Positions 30,515 to 46,139 of a DNA stretch of 64,000 nt are shown here, piece after piece. This DNA is from the human T2T-CHM13v2.0 reference genome, Homo sapiens: the NCBI RefSeq assembly GCF_009914755.1, contig NC_060935.1, one strand, 5' to 3'. How positions within the stretch are numbered: position 1 is the first letter of the stretch; the number at the start of each line of letters is the position of its first letter. A model generated the notes under the pieces. It ran no database searches, was not told the origin of the DNA, and saw only the letters and a list, made by a program, of their open reading frames with translations. A program made the position numbers and the translations under genes.

Positions 30515-31758
30515 CGTGTCCGGAATTGGTGGGTTCTTGGTCTCACTGACTTAAAAAATGAAGCCGCGGACCCTTGCGGTGAGGGTTGCAGCTCTTAAGG
30601 TGGCACCTCTGGAGTTTGTTCCTCCTGATGTTCGGATGTGTTGGGAGTTTCTTCCTTCTGGTGGGTTCATGGTCTCCCCGCCTCAGGAGTGAAACTGCAA
30701 ACCTTCGCAGTGTTAAGGCTCATAAAGGCAGTGTGGACCCAAAGAGTGAGCAGCAGCAGGATTTATTGCAAAAAGCAAAAGAACAAACACTCCACAGTGT
30801 GGAAGGGGACCCCAGCGCGTTGCCACTGTGGGCTCTGGCAGCCTGCTTTTATTCTCTTATCCGGCCCCACCCACATCCTGCTGATTCGTAGAGCCGAATG
30901 GTCTGTTTTGACAGGGCGCTGACTGGTGCGTTTACAATCCCTGAGCTAGACACAAAGGTTCTCCACGTCCCCACTAGATTAGCTAGATACAGAGTGTGGA
31001 CACAAAGGTTCTCCAAGTCCCCACCAGAGTAGCTAGATACAGAGCGTCGATTGGTGCATTCACAAACCCTGAACTAGACACAGGGTGCTGATAGGTGTGT
31101 TTGCAAACCTTGAGCTAGATACAGAGTGCCGATTGGTGTATTTACAATCCCTGAGCTAGACATAAATGTTCACCTCCCCACCAGACTCAGGAGCCCAGCT
31201 GACTTCACCCAGTGGATCTTGCACTGGGGCTGCAGGGGGAGCTGCCTGCCAGTCCCGTGCCATGCGCCCACACTCCTCAGCCCTTGGGTGGTCGATGGGA
31301 CTGGGTGCCGTGGAGCAGGGGGCGGCACTCCTTGGGGAGGCTCGGGCTGAGGGGAGGCTCAGGCTGCACAGGAGTGCTGGTGGGCCAGCACTGCTGGGGG
31401 ACCCAGCACACCCTCCACAGCCGCTGGCCCAGGTGCTAAGCCTCTCATCGCCCGGGGCCAGCAGAGCCGGCCAGCAGCTCCGAGTGCGGGGTCCCCGGAG
31501 CCCATGCCCACCCGGAACTCGCGTTGGCCCGCAAGCACCGCGCGCAGCCCCGGTTCCCGCCCGCCCGTGCCTCTCCCTCCACAACTCCCCGCAAGCTGAG
31601 GGAGCCAGCTCCGGCCTTGGCCAGCCCAGAAAGGGGCTCCCACAGTGCAGCGGCAGACTGAAGTTCTCCTCAAGTGCCGCCAAAGTGGGAGCCCAGGCAG
31701 AGGAGGGGCCGAGATCGAGTGAGGGCTGTGAGGACTGCCAGCACGCTGTCACCTCTCA
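30515..31758 (-). mobile_element. LTR12C-type (ERV9/HERV9) solo LTR
   Basis: Minus strand starts tgagaggtgacagcgtgctggcagtcc and ends ...ccaccaattccggacac. 4-bp TSD ATAT (30511-30514, 31759-31762). GC/CpG-rich U3 and ~40-bp tandem subunits. Confidence 0.95.
30815..31170 (-). promoter_or_regulatory. ERV9 LTR promoter/enhancer: CCAAT-containing tandem subunits, GC/GT box, AATAAAA TATA-like box
   Basis: ATTGG (CCAAT on minus) at ~31050 and ~31132, with degenerate copies at ~30922 and ~31091. gggtggggccggataagagAATAAAA on minus (30847-30853). Activity is not demonstrable from sequence. Confidence 0.6.
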
Positions 31759-31994
31759 ATATCATAAAGAAAGGTGCTTACCCAATATGCATGTGTGATA
31801 TGTGTGTATGTGTTTTAAATAACAGTCATCAATTTCATTACTTTTGATAAAAAATTTCGGGTCTTAAAACCAGGTGGACCTGGGTTTGAATCACAAATCT
31901 GCCACCCAATAGCTATGATATAATGCACAGTGTATCTAATCTCTCTGAGACTGATTTTTCTTATCAGTAAAATGGTGTTCATTACTCTACCACG

Positions 31995-32850
<856 letters not shown>

Positions 32851-32896
32851 ATGTCAAATTTTTGTATTGTGTTCATTAGTTCCTAAATATACTTTA

Positions 32897-33235
<339 letters not shown>

Positions 33236-33639
33236 AGCAATGCTAATTTTTTTCCTCAAAACTTTAATTTTCTTGTCATTACCTGTATTTTTTACCCTTT
33301 ATGGCTTTATAGTATCCTTTGCTACAAGTGATCAAAATTAATCAAAATAAGCATATTGAAGCCTTCTAAACAATGAACAATAATAAAATAATAAAGTTAA
33401 GTTAAATAGAATATATAAAAGAAATTGAAGCTTAATATTATTTGGGAGTAGTTAGAAAAGGCATGACAAGTTTTTAAAGCAGCACATTTATTATGGCTAA
33501 GCTACATTAGTTGGAAATGGATTCTCTCTCTAAATTCTCTGCAAAATACAGGAAACACAAAAAACAAGATCTTCTCAACCCACATAACCAACAGTGAATC
33601 ATGATGACATCTGGCATACATAATACTACCTTAGTAACT

Positions 33640-34112
33640 GTTGGGGGAGTTTGTAAACCAGCTGGAACGCTTTGTAACTACTTCCATTAGGAGGTGTACT
33701 TTCCCCCCTATTTCTGTGTTTGACTAGCCTATGCCTTGCTTTGACAAGCTCTGAGCTTGCACAAAGACAGTCTGACACTTTTAAGCCTTATAGCTTTTGC
33801 TCTTGATAAGAGTTCATGAGCACCCAGATTCCAAAATACCTGTGTTGAATAGACTGTTGGTTGATGTCTGAGAGACCTCGTGGAGCAGAGATATCATCTC
33901 AAATGAGTTCATCCTTGACCAATCAGCTGACACCTGACGTGGCAGTTGATTCCAGCCAGACATAAGTGAGCCTTTCAAAGAAACTAGCAAAAGAACCACC
34001 CAGTTGAGGCCAGCCCCACTTGCTAACCCACAGTACTGTAACCTCAATAAAGGGAGTTTTTTTTAAGACACTAAGTATTAGGAGTGGTTTGTTTTGGCAC
34101 AAAAGCTGACAT
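33640..34112 (+). mobile_element. MLT1 (G/H-like) LTR
   Basis: agaaccacccagttgaggccagccc...ttttaagacactaagtattaggagtggtttgtt...aaaagctgac. Confidence 0.65.
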
Positions 34113-37019
34113 GATAAGTTACTAATTAATTTAAAAATTTAAAAATATAGTGATAAGACTATATGACACTTTTATTTAGTAAATATTAATCTCCTCTGAG
34201 TAAAAATCAATTATTATTTGTATTTTTCTAATTGGGATGTTACGATATAGGTGGAATAGGTAAATTAAAGATTAGAAAACTTATCAGGAATTTAGACACT
34301 TAAAAATAATTACATTGAACCTAATTTTTTATAATTAATTATAATTTTTTAAAATCACATTGATGTTGAATTACTTTCAACATCATACTGTTGAAAGCAA
34401 ATTCCCTTGCTTTACAGCACAGGGAACTAAGAGTTGAAAAAATTCTTGCTGAAAGCTAGGATCAAAAACTTACACCTTCCATCTATCAGGTCCATGATCA
34501 TTCCATTTCATTACATTACATTCTTAAACTGTTGTTTCTGTTTTCCATATTTTCTATGTTATTATATTGAACTCTTTGACAATATTTACTATCCAACAAA
34601 CATCTTTAAATATTTTGAAATAGTGTGTATCTTGTCGAACACAAAGATTTCAGATAAAATATAATCACAACTGTATCAAACCTCCAGAAATTAAATCAAA
34701 ATTTGAATAAAGATTAAATAATAGAATGTAAATGCTTAGTGTTGAGAGTTATCCAAATGAGTATTTTTAAAGGAGGGCATTTTGATCCTTGTATCAACAG
34801 CAACAACTTTTCTGTTTGGAAAAATATAAATAATTATTATTTTTTTCAATGAATAATACACTTTTCACTAGAGAGACATAGTAGTGCATTAAAATTAAAA
34901 TAAAATGAGGTATCCAATATACTTTGCTTGTATTGTGATTTACAAGTTAAGAGAGATTCATTCATTTGAAAAGAAATAAGGTATAGGTATAACTCTCAGG
35001 GGATAGAAACATTATATGTGATGATATCTAAACAATCCTAGTATTTTCTGAGATGGAGCCATAAAATGGTCAATTTCTCTTCTAAATTATGGTGTCCACA
35101 AAAACATTTTTACTTTTATGTTTTAGTGTTTTGTGTTTATCTATGTCATTTTTTGTTTTGGAAAAATGACAAAATAAAAACAAAAGCCCCATGTTCTTTA
35201 AGTGACCCATCACAGTTCTTTAAGAACATGTTTTTCTTCATTGTGAGAAGCTATTTAGAACATTTTTGCTTTCATTTTATATGTCAAATCTTGGCATAAA
35301 GAATGTGGCAAATCTTCCTGATAGTCATAGTGGAATAATAAACTCTGTGTTCAGATCTTCTTACAAAACTTGACACTTTCTCTCTACTTAACAATGATGG
35401 TCAGCTTCTCCATCCTATAGCAAAATGATCACCTGCACTGTCACTCATATTGTACAATCATAGAGAGTGACTGCAAACCAGTGTGGTTGACTAAGTTATT
35501 CTTTCATCCATTCAAGTGGAGTGCTGGTTGAAGGCAAAAGTGGAGGTATTTATGTAAACTAAATAATATATTAGTCAAAATTTTTATTTAAACCTTTGTT
35601 TTCTGTGTTCAGAAATGGCCATTTATTTTTGGTAATCGTATATTTGCATATGCATACAGTGACAAGGTAAAGGTGAGAACGGGGAAATGATGTCTTTGTT
35701 TATGTTTTCCTAAATGTATAATTTATTTGTAACTTAAGAATTTATTAAATGTGTCAGATAACCTTATTACATAATAATTATGAGAAACAAATTAAGTGTA
35801 AGAGGCATGTCCAGGGGAAAAATACAAAAGAGAAATATCATGTTTCAGGAAAATAAAATGTGGGAGTGGAAGGAGAGTGTCCTCCTTCACTTTCTTATTT
35901 GGGCTTACTAATGCTACAGGGTGGTATTTAAGCACTGGTTTTCTTCCCTGATAAACACCTAGCAGTGAGAACCAAGTGACATGCAGCAAGGTCAGTGTAC
36001 AGAAGCTTCTACATATCAGAGAAGATGCTGACAATGATTCTAGCTCCTTTCTGCATGGGCTAAAGTAGAAATTAAGGAAAGAGTTCATATAAGAAGGCTA
36101 TTAGCAAAAGAAAGGAAGGATGTTCTGAACATTCATTTTTAGGTATTAAAAAATAAATGAACTCAAGAAGGCTACATGTCTCTTATGAGTCTGAAAGAAT
36201 CAGATGCATTGCCTTACTTGACTTTCTTGAATATGTGGATTAAAATTTCTGATGTATTTTAATACTTCTTACATAATAGTATTATCCATTGTAATACTAT
36301 GAATATATTTTATCCTGTTTTTTTTTCCTCCAGTTGCACATATAATTGTCATAGAAGGTACCGATAAAAGCAATGAGTTTCCTTTATCAGACAGACTAGG
36401 TCAAGACACTGGTCAGGAGTATGCACTCTAACATTTTGGATCTAGATTAGGTAGAATGGTTATTCCAAAGTAGCTGAAAACAAAAAGAATTAGAGGATGG
36501 TTAAAGTAGGGGAGAGAGTGCATAATCAGACATTAAAAAGTTTACCCTAATGATCAATTCTGAGTCGGGGAGCAGAGCCAGGTACCAAAGACAAGGTCGA
36601 ACAGTTGAATGACAGAATAATACTTGAATCAGGCAAAGAGAAGGAATCAGGCAAATTTAGGTGGTAGGTTTAGGACAATTGAGGATTTAAATCCTGAATT
36701 TGTCCTCTTTTTTCCTTTGTTAATAGATATTGATTCATCTATGTTCATAGCTATTTATAAAATATTAGGTAGATACTCTGCAGTATGTTTTTTACATACA
36801 TCACCGGATTTAATCATTAAAAAGTGTGATGCAATTATTATTTAGTCCATTTTATAGCTGATGAAAACCAGGGTTAGGGTGTTTCAAAGTCTCACATTGA
36901 ATATGTGTTGAAGTTGACATTCAAAACTAGTCTAAACTCATAGTTTATGCTTTTACTCATGATACCGTATTTTCTCAGTTCATGGAAAAAAACTGCACCA
37001 AGAATTTTGAATAGTTATT

Positions 37020-37112
37020 AAATACAAAGCAGATTCTATATCTGCTACATCAGAATCTCTGGAAATGAAATTCAGGCATCTGCCTTTTAAAAGACTCCTC
37101 AAGTGGTTCTAA
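37020..37112. mobile_element. MER5A-like hAT fragment
   Basis: catcagaatctctggaaatgaaattcaggcatctgccttttaaaagactcctcaagtggttct. Confidence 0.55.
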
Positions 37113-38414
37113 ATAAGATGACATTCTAGTAACACGAAACTATGCTATAGTGCTTCCAACAAAAAATAAACACACCAAAAGAAAGCACAACAAAATATAT
37201 TTTATTTAATTCAGTTTAAACACTTGAAAATATCATAAGACAATGGAAGAAATGAGCTGAAAGCCTATAGCCATATTTAGAACAGGTGTATTTGATTCCA
37301 TCCTTCCTCTCTGCTCTTTCAAGTATTACTCTGTCAATCAACTGCTCGACCTTGTCTTTGGTACCTGGCTCTGCTCCGTGACTCAGAATTGATCATTAGG
37401 GTAACCTTTTTAATGCTTGATTATGTACTCGCTCCCCTACTTTAACCATCCTCTAATTCTTTTTGTTTTCAGCCACTTCGAAATAACCATTCTACCTAAC
37501 CTAGATACAAGATGTTAGAGTGCATACTCCTGACTAGTGTCCTGACCTAGCCTGTCTGATAAAGAAAACTCATTGCCTTTATTGGTACCTTCTATGACAA
37601 TTATATGTGCAATTTGAGAAAAAACAGGATAAAATATATTCATAGTATTAAAATGGATAATACTATTATGTAAGAAGTATTAAAATACATCAGAAATTTT
37701 AATCCACATATTCAAGAAAGTTAAGTAAGGCAATGCTATCTTATTATTTCAGACTCGTAAGAGACATGTAGCCTCCTTGAGTTCATTTATTTTTTAATAC
37801 CTAAAATATAATATTCAAAACATTCCTCCTTTCTTTTGCTAACCTATCCATCCACCCCTAGTATTTCTTATAAACTGGATTTTATATATAAAATCTTAAT
37901 GAAATTCATGTTCCACATATTTGCAAACATTGAACATTTAACACTATAGAAAAAAATTAAAAATCTTTCAAAAGTGGTTCTCAGCAGTTGGCATTATGAT
38001 ATATCCACTAACGATTATATTATAAATCCCAGTGCCACTGTCTACCTTCAACTATCTCCTCATTCCTATTCCAAAAACTTATTGTTTGCTAATGCAAAAC
38101 AATTATGATGGAATCTGATAACTCCGATAAGAGATTACAAATTTTCATTTTGTAGAATATTCATCTCACGTTTTCTCTTGAGTTTCTTAGCATTTAAAGT
38201 GAAAATGAAAACAAAAGTGGTCTTAGAATTCCCCGGTAGGGGATTGAATGGACATAAATATAATTCCCAGAAAAAAATAGTGTGAATAATTAAATGGATG
38301 TGGAAAATCTTTTATGTGGATATATAGAGTAACTCACTGCTTTTGTCTCTGTATAGAGTAGCTTGTTTCCATGTAATCATTGGGATATAAAAAATAATTT
38401 TTAAAATTGGCTTT

Positions 38415-38706
38415 TGTGGGGAATAAAGATGAGTTGATTAGTGAGTGCAAACATACAATTAGATAGAAGAAACAAGACCCAATATTCCACAGCAGAGTAG
38501 GACGACCGGAGTTAGCTACAATGTATTGTACATTTCAAAATAGGTAGAGGAGAGGACTTGAAATGTTAGGAAAACAGAGAAATGATAAATGGTCAAGGTG
38601 ATGGATACTTCAAATCCCCTGACTTGATCATTACACATTCTATGCATGAAACAAATACTCATGCGTACCCCCATCGATCAGTAAAATATTTTATATTAAT
38701 AAAAAA
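38415..38706 (+). mobile_element. 5'-truncated L1MA 3' end
   Basis: L1MA 3'UTR motifs (cctgacttgatcattacacattctatgcatg); flanking near-TSD aaaattggctttt/aaaatttgctttt. Confidence 0.85.
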
Positions 38707-41152
38707 TTTGCTTTTACCCCTATAATTTTCCATAGGTTGGATCTGTAATTTGTGGGATCAATTTCATTAAAAATTTGGTCAAATTAGTGAGAAAAATGAC
38801 ATTAAAAGGAAAACAAAATGAGTAGTTTGAAATCCTATATAAGAGCTGCTTTCAAATTGGTATAAAATATGATAGGTGGACTTCAAGTGTCCTTCTGATA
38901 ACTACCAACTGAGTAAATAAAGATATATCTCTTCCATTCTTACCAGCAATTTACATGTAATTCCAAAGCTATTCATTCCTCATATTACACATATCTACTT
39001 ACTGGTGAACTAACAAGTTAATGGTTGCTAAAATACGACACTCTTAAGCTGAAGTTTCAATTTATGCCTATGATTATTTTTGGCTTTTAGATAATGTACA
39101 ACCCACTATAAAACAGAATTACATTAACTTATAACTACCTTAAGTTTAATAAAATTAGCAAGCTATTTTAATATTTATGTTGCAGATTTTGTATAAATAT
39201 ATGAGCTTATGTTCACTAATAGTATAATTTTAAAATACTTCATATATGTTTGTCTCTAATTGTCATCTGGATTATTTTTCTACTGAGAAGGAATAAATTA
39301 GATATATAGGTGATCTGACTTGACAAAAATTAGAAAAAAAATGAGTTTAAGGTTTGAATTTCTCATTTTTCAACAAATTATTTTGAAGTATAGAAGCTTT
39401 ATTTTAAAAATACAAACTGCTTATATTACTAACAATATATACCATGTTTTGTGAGACTGTAATTAGAATATCTTGGAGGTTTGTTTTTAGACCTGGCTGC
39501 ACCTGTATATGACAGTCTAAGCCTTTGGGCAAATAGCTTTTAATTTTCTCTCTTCACAAGTGAATTTCCTCATCTGCAACCTGAGGGGAATGAACTAAAT
39601 GATCTTTGTTTGCTTCAGATCGATTCTTCTAAGACACTACAAATTCACAGATGTGTCAGGTGGGGGAAAAAAAATCAAGCTAACTGACTAGCTCAGTCTG
39701 ACGAGAAACTAAGTAACATCAGTACTGTGGTGTTTTCACAGTTGTGACATTGCTGCCACAAGCTGCTTTTCCTTTTAACAAAAATGTTTGATTCTTAAGT
39801 TACTATGAAGGCAGTAATGTTGTATCTAATTGTAGAAGACACCCCAATTATAAATCCTGATAGCTGGTGAACAAATATATAGCTGAAATGTGAAAGAAAG
39901 TACAAATGGAAATATCAAACAAAAGTAACAAACAAAAATTATTTATTACTAGCAATTCAGCATGGCACTTTTCAATTCTCATCCAAATATTGTGAACATT
40001 AACAGACATTTTGGCAACAATTTAAAGCCATCTTCCTCAAACTGGAGCAACATCACTAGAAGGTACATTCAATTGCAATAGGGAGTATTATCTAGGAACA
40101 TTGAATTCTCAATGATTCTTGAGTGGAAGTTTGGACATCTGTACATTCTGTGCTCCTAAAATTAAATCAGAGGTTGAAATTAGCCAAATTTCTCTCTTTC
40201 TCTCTTTCTTTTTGTTATTGATGGTATTGCAGGGGCATTGTGTGTAAATACAGCTGGTAATGGCAAATGTTGGTACTTTTATGTTTTGGAGGTGGAGCTA
40301 ATGTCCCATAGAGAAGATTATGCTTCTCAACAAATGTCAGAGGCTCATCTAGCTTGCTACCTTACTAACCTATGAGTTATTAATTTTTCATTACACAAAA
40401 TTTACTACTCCTCAGAAACCAGTTTATTTCCATGCTGAACTAATGCTTGATTGAGCTTTGGTTTACAAAGATGTGACTAGCTATAGTCCTGTCTCTCAAC
40501 ACTGTGAATTCCTTGATAACACAAAAATAATGTAAATTCTGGAGAACACTTTATGTTTTACTTTTATAACATTCTTTAACCATTTATAGCGTACTTGTGT
40601 TTAGATTATAATTTCAATAAGAAACATTGAAAGATGAAGGAAAAACAAAAAAGGTAGTATAAATTTGAAGTCTATATATATACTTATATATAGTTATATA
40701 GTTTTTTATATAGTTACAGTTTTATATATATGTAGTATAGTATATATAGTATAGTATTAGTGTGATTATACATATTATATATATAACCATATATGTGGTA
40801 AAAATTTAAAACAACCTGAAACCATCAGAATTTTGACAGGCATGGAATTGTCCCTGAGGCTTCAGACAGTGAAACTGACAATGACGATGATTATATCCAC
40901 CAGAGGCAAATGTGTAGTAAGCCTCAGCAGTCACTCCAAAAACATAGAATATACTTGTTTACTTATTTTAGATATGGATTTCATATTTAAGAAGATTCAC
41001 ATGAATCTAAACTTTGCCAAATCTTGTGAATTCTCTGTAGTGATATTTTAAAATCACACATAGACATTTTGGATATAAAAAATATTAGAACTGTTTGCAA
41101 CTAAAATGAGAATTCTTGGTAGGGACAAGACAAAGGATTCAAAATGAATATA

Positions 41153-41390
41153 CAGATTCTTCTCCACTTACAATGAGGTTATGTCCTGATAAACCCATAA
41201 TAATTAGAAAATATTGTAAGTTGAATGTGTGTTTTCAACTTACAATTTTCAACGTACAATGTAAATTGAAACCCCATCTTAAGTTGTAACTCCATCTTAA
41301 GTTGAGGAGGTTACTGAATGCATATCACTTTCCCATCACCTTAAAGTAAAAAGGTACTAAGTCAAATCTTCCTAATTCAGGGACCATCTT
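41153..41390 (+). mobile_element. MER47-like Tigger MITE with an internal inverted segment
   Basis: cagattcttctccacttacaatgaggttatgtcctgataaaccc...tcagggaccatct, flanked by TA on both sides. Confidence 0.75.
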
Positions 41391-41901
41391 TATAAACATA
41401 GATGCCTTCTTGTAGGTCATTTTCTAAATTATATTTTAAGACAAAATTTAGGTCATAGGAGAAAATTTGGTGAAACTTGCTTTGTTTTGACTCAAAATGA
41501 GAGATAGTAGTTTTCATAAAGTGTGGTCATCACACATCACCAGAATTCCTATATTTTAACATGCGTGAAAGCCATTTGAGAAAATTGATGCACAGATTGA
41601 ATGTAACCTTTTTATCTTATATATTGGATGAAATGGAGACATTCATTTTTATTGGTCAGAATGAAGAGATCTGTGAAGATATAAAAATATACTTATGTGT
41701 TAGCATCTCACAATTAATAACTAGTGAAGAATTTTTCAAATAAATATGTGTATTTTTATATATGTAAAAATATTACATCACTTTTTAGAAAAATACATAT
41801 AGACCTATACTATGATGCTAAATAGCAGTGAAGTGGTGATCCAAATCAGTGGAATTACACAGTCACTCCATTATTTATATATACATTATCTAAAATATTC
41901 T

Positions 41902-42216
<315 letters not shown>

Positions 42217-42267
42217 GTTAAATGTAAGATTTCAGTGTGCTTCATTTTTAAAAAAGAACACATATGG

Positions 42268-42830
<563 letters not shown>

Positions 42831-42943
42831 ACACTTTTCTGTTATCATTGTGATAGACAAGAGAAGATGTCTTATTCGATATCCAGGACTCATTCAGAGA
42901 AAAAAATCCGGGCCATAGACATAAATTTAAAAGTCATCTATAT

Positions 42944-43238
42944 GGCTGGGCCCCGTGGCTCATGCCTGTAATCCCAGCACTTTGGGAGGCCGAGGCAGGC
43001 GGATCACGAGGTCAGGAGATCCAGACCATCCTGGCTAACAAGGTGAAACCCCGTCTCTACTAAAAATACAAAAAGAAAATTAGCCGGGCGTGATGACGGG
43101 CACCTGTAGTCCCAGCTACTCGGGAGGCTGAGGCAGGAGAATGGCACGAAGCCGGGAGGCGGAGCTTGCAGTGAGCCCAGAGACAGAGCAAGACTCCATC
43201 TCAAAAAACACAAAAAAACAAAAAAAAAAAAAACAAAA
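42944..43238 (+). mobile_element. AluY with ~30-bp deletion in the right arm
   Basis: gcagtgagcccagagacagagcaagac lacks the gagatcgcgccactgcactccagcctgggc block. Confidence 0.93.
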
Positions 43239-45734
43239 GACATGTTCTAGATGACAGGGAGAAATGTAATATATAAGTGTGAAAATCTATAATAACGAGA
43301 ATAAGAGAATCTGAAAGATTATTATTACAAAATAATTGAACGATGAACGTTAATTATTGTTACTAATCACTATCTCAATGTACCTTAAAGCAAAATATTT
43401 TATTAAGAGATCAATATGAGCTGGGCTTGTAATAGGTCCTAGAAACAGGAATATAAGACATAATCATTGCCAAAAATAGACTTCTATGTAATAGGAGAAA
43501 AATATATTTAAATTAATATACTTACATATTACAAATTTAAAATACATTTAAGTTTTAAATACAGTATAATCACTCCAATGATAAAAACAGTTACAATCCC
43601 AGGTAAATGAATTTGGATGTTGCAAACTTTTTCTGCAGAAATGACTCAATGAAAGTTTGAGTCATTAAACTTAAAGAGTTGGTTTTGAGGGCTGTGGTAT
43701 TTGACACAGAAAAGCACATGTTTTGCTTAAATGAATTGACAGATACATGAAATACCCCAGTATTTCTAGGTAATGCAAATTATTTTCCTTGTGATCTAGT
43801 GGACTCAGGAGTAGAAGCTACCGTCTTGAGAATTGAATTTGAAAACTAGAAAGGTGGACTAAGTATCTCTGCCACACTTAGGCAGCTGAATCCTATATGT
43901 GATGGAAAACTGTTGACTAGTTTCAAAGAATGACATAATTAGATTTGCATTTTGGAAAGATTATTCTATTGGCTTTTAAAAGAGCACACGGTAGGAGCTT
44001 GTTCCAATAACCTAGTTAATTTATCTTATATGCTATCTTATTTAGCTCCAGAGAGTTGTAATGGGCTTGTTTACAGCCATCACCATGGCAATAGGCTAGT
44101 ATCATAAAAGCATGAATCTAGGGACTCTCACATGTACTTACACTTTACTCCCATGGCTCATAGAAAAAGATACATTCCCTAACTCTTTTGCATTTTACAT
44201 GCATCTTGTAGCCTACTTAAAATATAAATCATATGACATCAGCTTGGTCCATGTTAATTATAAAAGATGCTTTAAAATATTATGTAATATTGGGGTTTGA
44301 TATGATGAATGCAACATATATCATAATCATTTCTTCTATTTTACGGTCTTGCATTGGGAGTTAAAGGGATCAATATATTACACCATCCTGCCCTTGGCAG
44401 TCTTTTCCACCCCATCTGCCAATCCAAATGTTAAACTGTAGAAACAACCAAAAATGGCACTCTTGGTAGCCAGACTATAGCAGTGGTTTTTCAATAAAAC
44501 AAAAACTATTACTATGTAATGTAGAAGACATCTGGTATTCAGTCTGGAAAAGCAGTGCTCCAAAAAAACGAGGATAAGTGAGAACAAAAAAAAGGGGGAG
44601 AAAGTTGAATAAACACAATAAAATATATTGATATTAGAATATTACATTTCAGTGTTTTAACAAGCAAAAATCACTGCCAATAATTTGAACTCTCAATCAA
44701 GAAAACAGCAGGTCAAGGCTTCAGGGAGGAATGGACCAAACAAACAAACCACTTTCAGGTCCTTGGATCTCTGAACTGTAAAGCTGTACCAAATGCTGAG
44801 GCACTCTTAAGCGGACCAAAGAGATGGGCAGTGGTAAAGGCAAAGAGGAAAAGCTGCTCTGGTGTTGGTCTTGGTCATAGCTACTCTCTGTCTCTTCCCT
44901 TCAAATGAACTGTTCTACATATTCCCAGAAGATGCTGGTCCAACTCTGCCTGAGAATCTCAGAATTTAGGGTTTGAATGGGAGGTGGGAGCAGTCAGCTG
45001 ATGGCTCATTTCAAAGCACGAGTAAGGTAAGAGCCATGTAGTAAAAAACAGTCAAATTACCAACTTTCAAAATCCTGTGGGTTATGAAAGACAATGAAAG
45101 AAATCATTGACTAGACGACGTGCATTGTAGCTATAAATCTGCTCTGCTACTTTCTAAGTTCGTATGTATGAGAGAGAGAAATACTTGTACATCATTATAG
45201 TTTTTGTAGCATGAAAATATATTTGCAAAACTTAATTATGTCAGTTGATTGTAGATCAGTAATTTATCCATGTATATTTTAGAAATTAAGGAGATGCAAG
45301 GACATAACAATTGTAATTAAATGATGGAAATTTTATGTTTAATATAATGTTGAAGGCTAATTTTAAAAAATTAATATATTTGTTAATTATCACAGTGATT
45401 TCTTATCCTGCAAAGACAGTTTTCTGATATAAAATAAAGGGCCCACAAGTAAGCACAGAAGGCCACTAAAAGGCATAATTTCGAATATCTTTTAATGCCT
45501 TACTGAACTTTGAATTTTCCTCATATTAGTTTCACAATCCATGGTATATTAGAAATATCAATTAATTCATTTATATGCTTCTTCATTCATTTAGTCACTC
45601 AACAAATTCTTGAGTGCTCACCATGTGCTGTGGCTGATACAAAAATAAATAATACTGTTTATTTGATGAAAGGTACCTTGACAACTCCAACAAAGAAAGC
45701 TGACAGCAAAATAGCAGACACAGAGGTCGTTTGG

Positions 45735-45990
45735 GAGTGACATCAGCAGGATGGCAAAATAGGAGGTTCCTCTCTCATATCTTCCCACAGCAGCAATAAT
45801 TTGGCAGCTATTCATGAAGAAAAATGACTTGGAGGTAGCTTTGGGATCTAGGTAGGAGGTAGTCTAACAAAAATCTGGAGTAGCCAACGGAAGAGGAACA
45901 TTTTGAGAAGGTAGGCCCATGCTCGGTGTGGGACTATGGTCAGTGAGCCCATAGTCTCAGCTGCAGACCTGAAACTGACCCCAGCCCTCT
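45735..45990 (+). mobile_element. L1M 5'UTR fragment
   Basis: gagtgacatcagcaggatggcaaaataggagg resembles an old L1 5' terminus. Confidence 0.55.
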
Positions 45991-46139
45991 AAGACTAAAA
46001 TTATGTTTCAGCTACATCTATGAGTCAAATTCAAAATGCTTATTTAACTTGCAGTTGGGCTTCTCCTTTGACATGTGGTGTCTAGGTCTCTCCCTCTCCC
46101 CTTGTCTCTTTCTCTCTTTATCTCCCTCTCTCTCTCTCA

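Noticed and set aside
30586-31798. Long overlapping ORFs (up to 210 aa) on both strands
   Set aside because: They lie within the GC-rich LTR12C, where stops are naturally scarce; no recognisable protein.
44700-45035. Possible exon ending at a strong donor (AAG|GTAAGA ~45028); similar isolated donor at ~21393
   Set aside because: No convincing acceptor, reading frame or homology; isolated donors are expected by chance.
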